A DNA stretch of 64,000 bases from a bacterium. Its GTDB lineage: Bacteria; UBP14; UBA6098; JAFGQG01. Of this stretch, positions 57,852-64,000 are shown in pieces (the first letter of the stretch is position 1; every line of letters starts with the position of its first letter). The DNA lies in assembly GCA_016930435.1 (NCBI GenBank), contig JAFGGQ010000096.1:2662-66661 (forward strand), read 5' to 3'. A program made the position numbers and the translations under genes. Under the pieces are notes generated by a model. It was not told the origin of the DNA. It searched no databases and saw only the letters and a program-made list of their open reading frames with translations.

Positions 57852-60542
57852 TTAATCCGTCAGGTCTATTTCATTTATGTCATCCTGAATATCGATTCCC
57901 TCGTTACCAGGGGTGAGAAGATCAATCTCCTCGGCTTTGAAATTATCTTCCAGGTCGATAGAAAAGGCCTCATTCTCGGTTTTAATGTAATAGAAATTGG
58001 TTATTGCAGGGGCATGTATTTCCCTCCGTTCATCTCCCACGAAGAAGACCGTGCTGGTGCCTGCATTGAAGTAGCTGTTGTTGGTCCAGTTACCGTGAAC
58101 GAACAGTTTTCCACTGCCGCCGTTGAGTGTCCCATCGATGACCACATTATGACATACGCATGAACCGTCGGATGTATTGATGGTTGGGAAGCGGCCGTAG
58201 GCGGGAACTGCCGGAATGGAGACGTCTGTACTGGCGGTAGGCAGGAGGCATCCTCCCCAGTTCTGTGGATTACTCCAGTTGTTATCGGCATAACCGGTCC
58301 AGATGCCCTCGCCATAGTTATTGTAAACGGTGACGGTAACCGAGCCGCAGCCGGTGGACAAGCATCCAGCACCTGTTTGGGCTTTTGCATAATAGGTAGT
58401 AGTTGCAGCAGGGGATACGGGGAGAGGACTTCCTGAACCGATGTAGGTTCCGCCGCAGGATCCGGTGTACCAATAGATAGTAGCGCCGCTGACGGTTGCG
58501 GTTAAATTGGTTGAGGAGCCATAGCAAACCGATGTTGGCGTTGCTGATGGGGATGGATTATTAGGGATCTCATTAACGGTAACGGTAACACTTCCGCAGC
58601 CGGGCGACCACATGTCATAGCCGGCGTGATAGGAGCGGATATAGTAAGTACCCGAAGCATTTGCGGTATAGTTCACTCCGGAGCCCAGGTCAGTGCGGGT
58701 ACCGCAGGTAGTGCCCTGCCAGTACCAGGTCTCGCCGGAGGGAACCGAGCCCACCCTGGTAAGGGTTTGCGGCCCACAGGGATTGGCAGTCGTGGTAGGA
58801 TTGGGAGGGTTATTTATAACGATGGCTTCCGTGATGCTGAGGTTAAAATCAAAACAGTCATAGGTCAAGAATAATGCCCACATGGGGTCACAATCTATCA
58901 TTATATAATAGGTTCCCACTGAAGCAAGCAGAGTAATACCATATAGACCATGAGCATCATCACCACTTTCGGTAGAGGTATCTATACACACTGCTCCTAG
59001 TGGACAGTCGTAGGAGATAGCAATAGAACTCCCTTCTACCAGAAAGGGAAAGAAGAGAGTATTTAGAGGCTCTAATTCAATATCAACCACCACATCTGAG
59101 GTTACACTCAGTCTATAGATGATATCCTGTCCCTGATCATAATAGTTTAAGAAAACGCCTTCTCCCTCAATATGCAGGCAAGTGTTTTCGTCATCACCGT
59201 AATCATTAGTCATTTCGCAGGTTGTCTGGTAGCTATCATAATAGGGCAATTCACCGGGGATAGATACCGGAATGGGATTGGAGCAGGTAGCGCCGGTAAT
59301 TCCCTCGGTGATAGTTAAATTAAAGTCAGGGATGCAATCAGCGGATTGCTCGTCGCTATCTACCATAATATAATATGTTCCGGCACCCAGGCGGACATTA
59401 TAAAGTCCATAAACTCCGGGCAGAAGATTGGTCGCATAATCAATACAATCTCCGGAGGGGGGGCATTCTTCATCCAATGCAAAACCGGTGCCCGGGGTGC
59501 CATCAGAGAATATTCCGCCAGGATCCAGTTCAATATTTACTACCACCGATTCCGTAACAGTGATCCGGTAAAAGAGGTCCTCCCCGCTATCGTAGTCAAA
59601 GAGCACTCCGTCCAGGCAGCTTTCATCGCCGTGGTTCAACCTCCCGCAGGTGAATTGATTTGAGCTGGTGTAGGGCAGATCAGCGGGAAGAGTAACGTTG
59701 ATAGGTTCGCTGCAGTCGCGGGGGGAGGTGATGATCAGGTCAAAATTGGGGATACCGCCCGTAGCAATAGCCGGATTGTAATCTACCATAATATAATAAG
59801 TTCCGGCGCTGAGGGAGATATCGGTGACGCTGTGGCTTCCGGCGCCGGGATTCGTACTCATGGCCAGGCAGGAGCCGTCGGGAGGGCAGGCATTATCCAG
59901 GCAGAATCCGGTTCCGGCGGTACCATGCGGATCAAGGGTTATATCGATTACCATCGGACGATCCACATTAAGCTGATAGAATACGTCTTCCCCTTCGTCA
60001 TAAGCCTCCAGGCAGGAGTTGTTCCAGTCGTTCACCCTTCCGGTAGTCCACTGACTATAGTCGTTATAAGCCATATCTTCGGGGAGTTCCACGACTATCG
60101 GAGTGGAGCAGTTATTTCCCACATTACAATCCACCCATGTTACTGTGAGGTCCCAGCCCCAGTATGTGTACCCAACCTCCTCGATCATTACCCGCCAGTT
60201 TTCAGCAGCCGCTCCGCAGGTAGAGGTCGGGTCATAATCGACAGGATTGTAAGGTCCGCATGTTTCATCCCACCCACCGGAACGGTCTGGGCGACAGTCA
60301 TAAACCGAGCAATCAGTGCGTGTGGGGAAATATACATAAAGATCATAATCGTCATCTTCGGTATCATCAATATCCAGATCGAAGAGAACATAACGGGCGC
60401 CGGCCGGGATGCTAATTACCGTACAGGGATAATCACCATCCCCGGAAGTGGTCCATTCGCCACACCATAACGCGGACATCATAAGAAGCAAAACACTACC
60501 CGATAATACTAAATATCTTATATCTTTCATACTCATTTTCAC
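57852..60542 (-). CDS. large secreted protein with at least 4 tandem PPC (pre-peptidase C-terminal)-like domains followed by Ig-like modules
   Basis: Repeated approximately 150-aa units each with C..PI.V.LP..LPY...DLY..., G.GF.LD..CPP.G.C, GTYYIMVD; overlaps upstream gene by 4 nt. Confidence 0.55.
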   Translation of the reverse strand: MKMSMKDIRYLVLSGSVLLLMMSALWCGEWTTSGDGDYPCTVISIPAGARYVLFDLDIDDTEDDDYDLYVYFPTRTDCSVYDCRPDRSGGWDETCGPYNPVDYDPTSTCGAAAENWRVMIEEVGYTYWGWDLTVTWVDCNVGNNCSTPIVVELPEDMAYNDYSQWTTGRVNDWNNSCLEAYDEGEDVFYQLNVDRPMVIDITLDPHGTAGTGFCLDNACPPDGSCLAMSTNPGAGSHSVTDISLSAGTYYIMVDYNPAIATGGIPNFDLIITSPRDCSEPINVTLPADLPYTSSNQFTCGRLNHGDESCLDGVLFDYDSGEDLFYRITVTESVVVNIELDPGGIFSDGTPGTGFALDEECPPSGDCIDYATNLLPGVYGLYNVRLGAGTYYIMVDSDEQSADCIPDFNLTITEGITGATCSNPIPVSIPGELPYYDSYQTTCEMTNDYGDDENTCLHIEGEGVFLNYYDQGQDIIYRLSVTSDVVVDIELEPLNTLFFPFLVEGSSIAISYDCPLGAVCIDTSTESGDDAHGLYGITLLASVGTYYIMIDCDPMWALFLTYDCFDFNLSITEAIVINNPPNPTTTANPCGPQTLTRVGSVPSGETWYWQGTTCGTRTDLGSGVNYTANASGTYYIRSYHAGYDMWSPGCGSVTVTVNEIPNNPSPSATPTSVCYGSSTNLTATVSGATIYWYTGSCGGTYIGSGSPLPVSPAATTTYYAKAQTGAGCLSTGCGSVTVTVYNNYGEGIWTGYADNNWSNPQNWGGCLLPTASTDVSIPAVPAYGRFPTINTSDGSCVCHNVVIDGTLNGGSGKLFVHGNWTNNSYFNAGTSTVFFVGDERREIHAPAITNFYYIKTENEAFSIDLEDNFKAEEIDLLTPGNEGIDIQDDINEIDLTD

Positions 60543-62170
60543 CTGACAGTGCCATCGCGGTTGAATTTATCGGTATCGATAAAGGCTTTGGCGGGATCTT
60601 CCTCCCCTCTTTTGTTAATCTCTTCGGGGGGTGTTGCGGCTTCATCGATCCTTCTCCCGCAGAGCCTGTAGCTGAACCCGGCATTAGGGTCTCCCATCAT
60701 TGCTTTGACGATAAGCACACTTCCTTCCACGCGTGCGGTGAGGTATGCTTCATCCTGGGGAGTTACAAAGGGGAGAATTGTATTTTCAGCGACAACGTTA
60801 TAAAACAGCCAGAGGTCGGAGGCTTCGGGCTGCTGGGCAATATCTACACGGAAAATCCCATTTTCTAATTGCGCTTCACCGATAACTTCCACCCACAGAC
60901 CGATGTTTTCTGCCATCCAGGTAGCATACTGCTGTTCCCTTATCTGGAATACCGGGTCTATATAGTTGGCGTCGATCTTTCCCGGCTTAGCCACACCGGG
61001 CCTGTCTTTGTAGATACGAACCCCGGCACAGGAATCCGCTTCAATGTAATTGCCGTAGTCTTGCCACGAACCTATTTCACCACCACTATCGGCATGAATA
61101 ACTATAAAGTTCCCGTATTGAGTCAAAGTTATGTTATCACCAGCAGTAATAATTGCATCATCGTAAAGCCAAGCGCCTGATTCTGATTTTATTCTCGTGA
61201 ATCCCACATCGTCGCCGTCCTCGAAGCCGGGTGGAACACCTGAGATCGAATCCCAGTGCACATGTCCCGCCCAGGAGGCGGAATCCGCCCAGTTCGCATG
61301 GCCGGTAAACCCTATGGAATCAATATATCCGATGGAATCAATGAATGAAATGAAATCCACGAAGGAAATAGAATCGATAGCCCGAATACTGTCAATATAG
61401 GAAATAAAATCAATATAGGCTATTGAATCGATAAGCCTTATGCTCTCGATGTGAACGATAGAGTCGATATAGGAGATAAAATCTATGAAACTGACCGTAT
61501 CGATGTAGGAAATGCTGTCAATATATGAAATGAACTCGATAAAGGAAATTGAATCAATGACATTTATACTGTCAATAAAAACAATAGAGTCAATTATTCC
61601 GATGGAATCTATAAATGAGATGAAGTTGATGTAGGAAATAGAGTCGATGTGGGTAATGCTGTCAATATAGGATATATAATCGATGAAGGCAACGGAATCG
61701 ATGTAATTAACACTATCGATATAGGTAACGGAATCGACGAAGTTGATGTAGTTCACCCCTTCCACGCTATCGGTGAGTATGCTGCGGAAGGCGTATGGGA
61801 CTGCCGAGAAGGGGTCCCGGGGGAGCAATATCTCATCTGAAAGGTCGGTAACGTCGCCGTCGTCGTTCTGGTCCACCTTGAGCTGCATCCAATAGGGTTG
61901 ATCGAAGGGCAGCGCGAGTGGGTGAACGGTTCCCAACCTGACATCGAAAAGTCCCTTGACAATATTAACGGAGAGTGTTTCCGCCCACATCAGGCTTCCG
62001 CTGAGACCAGCATCGTAGAGCTCGAACGCAATCAACCGGTCGGGATCATTGATCGCTACCCCGTCGCTGGCCGTAAGTTTGCCCTGATAGTTGAGGGTAC
62101 GGGGTATTTGGGCCAGTGCGCTTAAGGAAAAAAATGTTAATATTAAAAAAACCGCTATCTTTATGTTCAT
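60539..62170 (-). CDS. secreted hexapeptide-repeat protein (predicted left-handed beta-helix / beta-solenoid)
   Basis: Signal peptide MNIKIAVFLILTFFSLSALA; residues about 141-288 = about 24 consecutive hexads [YF]ID[SF]I[SG] (e.g. SISYID SIVHIE SIRLID SIAYID FISYID) fitting the [LIV]-[GAED]-x2-[STAV]-x hexapeptide rule. Confidence 0.55.
   Translation of the reverse strand: MNIKIAVFLILTFFSLSALAQIPRTLNYQGKLTASDGVAINDPDRLIAFELYDAGLSGSLMWAETLSVNIVKGLFDVRLGTVHPLALPFDQPYWMQLKVDQNDDGDVTDLSDEILLPRDPFSAVPYAFRSILTDSVEGVNYINFVDSVTYIDSVNYIDSVAFIDYISYIDSITHIDSISYINFISFIDSIGIIDSIVFIDSINVIDSISFIEFISYIDSISYIDTVSFIDFISYIDSIVHIESIRLIDSIAYIDFISYIDSIRAIDSISFVDFISFIDSIGYIDSIGFTGHANWADSASWAGHVHWDSISGVPPGFEDGDDVGFTRIKSESGAWLYDDAIITAGDNITLTQYGNFIVIHADSGGEIGSWQDYGNYIEADSCAGVRIYKDRPGVAKPGKIDANYIDPVFQIREQQYATWMAENIGLWVEVIGEAQLENGIFRVDIAQQPEASDLWLFYNVVAENTILPFVTPQDEAYLTARVEGSVLIVKAMMGDPNAGFSYRLCGRRIDEAATPPEEINKRGEEDPAKAFIDTDKFNRDGTVR
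61307..61750 (-). repeat. coding tandem repeat (18-nt / hexapeptide periodicity) inside 60539..62170
   Basis: Visible nucleotide periodicity ...aatagaatcgatgtaggaaatgctgtcaatata...; it is not a CRISPR array (no unique spacers, in-frame throughout). Confidence 0.7.
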
Positions 62171-62460
62171 AAGATCCCTCCGGGTAGTTGAAAGTGGTAT
62201 AGCAGAATAATTGAATGTAAATTATATTATATGTTGATAAAATATTAACAGTGTCTTTAAAAAGTCAAGGAAAATAAGCTAATGTTAATAACAGTCTTTC
62301 CCGATAAAATTATTAATACTGTTGCAAATTATAAATCCAAATTCTGCTTAGGTTTTGCTTTTCTGTTATCAGATTTGCATCCTGATATTATGCTGATATA
62401 TCAAATTTTATCTTTCACCAAATTCTTAAATCCAATTTGTTTATGTACTATAGAGAGAAA

Positions 62461-64000
62461 CTATTTGATATACAGGACTTTGGTAAACAGAGAAGTCGTG
62501 CTATTCGAAGCCCTAACAAGGTACAAGCCCGTAGCGCAATTCTCTGCCGGCCGCCAGCAAATAGTCCTGATAGCAGATTTATCATGAGCCCTCCCATCCG
62601 GGGAAAAAACTTCAACCAGCTTCCCGTCCAGGTTGTATATTTCTACATTTGATAAATAGGGCACATCAAATCTTGCCTCGCTATTAAAAGGATTTGGATA
62701 TGCCTTGATAAAGAAGTTGGTGGAAGATTTCCGGGAGGCTGGATTGCAGAAAAACGATGTGTCCCATTCCAGCCAATAGAAACCATCGTCCCCTGTGCAG
62801 GAATAAATGAAGGGTGGATCGAACCAAAGCCCATAACCATTTCCATTGCCGTTATGCTGCCAATATGCTCCTGTAATAGTATCCGGATCAGATGGTTCAG
62901 ATAAAGTGAACATATACCAGCCGCCAGTATTATCATAAAAACAGAGAAAGGTGCCTTTCAGTCTGAGATTAACTGCAGCATGGCCGTAAACGGGCCAATC
63001 CACGAAAACGATGGTGTCCTTGTCCACTAAAAGTATAGTGTCCATTGGATTGGTTACATCAAACGTATAGAGCCCATTAAAATTTCCGAGCCAGCCAAAA
63101 TGGCTTATATAAGCAAAGATATTCGAATCCGTCGCTGCCAACTGCAAGGATGTACAGCGCGAAGCTCCGATTAGATCCGCAAGGCCTCCGTAGTAGCCTA
63201 ATTTCACCAGCGAATCGCCCTTTTGAAAAACAGTCAAACCGCTCCATGTTAATACATACAGGCGATCATCAAGTTTTACTATTCTCTCGACATTGTTTGG
63301 CAGATCCCATTCTCCCAATCCGATGGGTGCTGAGGGATTGGAAACATCAAAAAGCTGCAGTTTCCACCAGAACAGGCTCTTTGCGCCCACCCATAGAGAG
63401 CAGCCATCCGCCAGTATCCCCAGTGCGCTGTATGCTGTTATTTCAGTATAATGATGGAGCACCCGGATTGAGTCTTCATCAACGGAAAGTATAAAAAAAC
63501 CATCATCCCCGGCGGTAACGCATAAAATTATCCGGTCATCAACTACTGCTGTATCAATACGGTCCATTACATAAGGGCCGAAGATATATTGCTTCGACTT
63601 CCTAACTGAACCTGCTTCCGGAACAAAATAAACCAGTCCATCGTTAAGGCGGGTTACCAGGAATGAATCGCCCAGCGCAACGATGTCCCGGGTGGCTTCA
63701 CCAAGGTCCAGCCCAGACACGGTTTGAAGTGTATCGGGACTACTATAATCGTAGATAACCAGTCCACCCTCAGTTTGAGCGGTATAAAGAAATCCATTAT
63801 CAGCGATAAGGTCGCAGCACCATCCCTGAATTGGTATAACCGAAAGGGTGAGTACCGAATCATCAAGAATTTTCCCCATACGAATGAATTCCTGATTCGC
63901 CATGAACACCAGGGAGTCGTCCACCCAGCAATCCCAGGCATAGGTATAATCATAGGGTGATTCATCGGGGAAAAACCATAAAGGTATCAATGAGTCTGGC
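62461..64000 (-). CDS. T9SS C-terminal-domain protein with beta-propeller-like repeats (N-terminus lies beyond the window end)
   Basis: Open frame continues past 64000 with no stop (ORF-track start 63990 is TTG, no signal peptide there); C-terminal ...YPNPFNSEARFDVP...GLYLVRA... CTD. Confidence 0.6.
   Translation of the reverse strand, partial: PDSLIPLWFFPDESPYDYTYAWDCWVDDSLVFMANQEFIRMGKILDDSVLTLSVIPIQGWCCDLIADNGFLYTAQTEGGLVIYDYSSPDTLQTVSGLDLGEATRDIVALGDSFLVTRLNDGLVYFVPEAGSVRKSKQYIFGPYVMDRIDTAVVDDRIILCVTAGDDGFFILSVDEDSIRVLHHYTEITAYSALGILADGCSLWVGAKSLFWWKLQLFDVSNPSAPIGLGEWDLPNNVERIVKLDDRLYVLTWSGLTVFQKGDSLVKLGYYGGLADLIGASRCTSLQLAATDSNIFAYISHFGWLGNFNGLYTFDVTNPMDTILLVDKDTIVFVDWPVYGHAAVNLRLKGTFLCFYDNTGGWYMFTLSEPSDPDTITGAYWQHNGNGNGYGLWFDPPFIYSCTGDDGFYWLEWDTSFFCNPASRKSSTNFFIKAYPNPFNSEARFDVPYLSNVEIYNLDGKLVEVFSPDGRAHDKSAIRTICWRPAENCATGLYLVRASNSTTSLFTKVLYIK

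Noticed and set aside
61307-61750. Nucleotide tandem repeats that look superficially CRISPR-like or satellite-like
   Set aside because: The period is 18 nt, it is in-frame, and it translates to a regular hexapeptide repeat inside a long ORF with a signal peptide. There are no unique spacers, so it is a coding repeat.

Overview
This 64-kb window is a contig from a bacterium of roughly 45-50% GC. It carries many predicted type IX secretion (T9SS) cargo proteins with Por-type C-terminal sorting domains, including a gingipain-like C25 peptidase, a CocE/NonD hydrolase, a parallel beta-helix protein and others. That pattern suggests an FCB-group, Bacteroidota-like or candidate-phylum organism. Most of the window is core housekeeping: a LemA/TPM cluster, an ABC transporter, an MscS channel, an S8 peptidase, groES-groEL, PBP4, transaldolase, truA, ecfT, birA, nadC, tRNA-Leu(CAA), an RND efflux operon with TetR, Tex, an S9 peptidase, tryptophanase and OmpA. 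Between these lie several accessory or decaying zones that I consider the most interesting parts.

- A small GC-rich islet sits directly after the groEL terminator, at 14461-16920. It holds a GNAT-YoaP acetyltransferase, a DUF1835 protein and a DUF2281-PIN toxin-antitoxin pair whose PIN gene is interrupted by an in-frame TGA. Each islet gene is followed by a related structured element of about 45 nt with loose, weak resemblance to attC (cassette-like junctions). The islet abuts a noncoding element of 200-330 bp that has a second copy next to tRNA-Leu.
- An AT-rich islet lies at tRNA-Leu, at 29880-32640. It contains a PARP-like (H-Y-E class) ADP-ribosyltransferase-fold gene that runs in-frame into a signal-peptide-bearing module, a frameshifted BtpA remnant, and a MITE-like repeat.
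- A MITE-like family of about 105 bp with terminal inverted repeats occurs three times (24068, 29884, 49318).
- The DUF559 gene is embedded in noncoding DNA rich in G/C tracts and hairpins, next to a DUF2281-MazF toxin-antitoxin pair.
- A two-gene operon encodes a secreted protein with an unusually regular hexapeptide-repeat (left-handed beta-helix-like) and a protein with multiple PPC domains.

No CRISPR array, rRNA or integrase is visible. All functional calls rest on motif recognition by eye, with no database searches.
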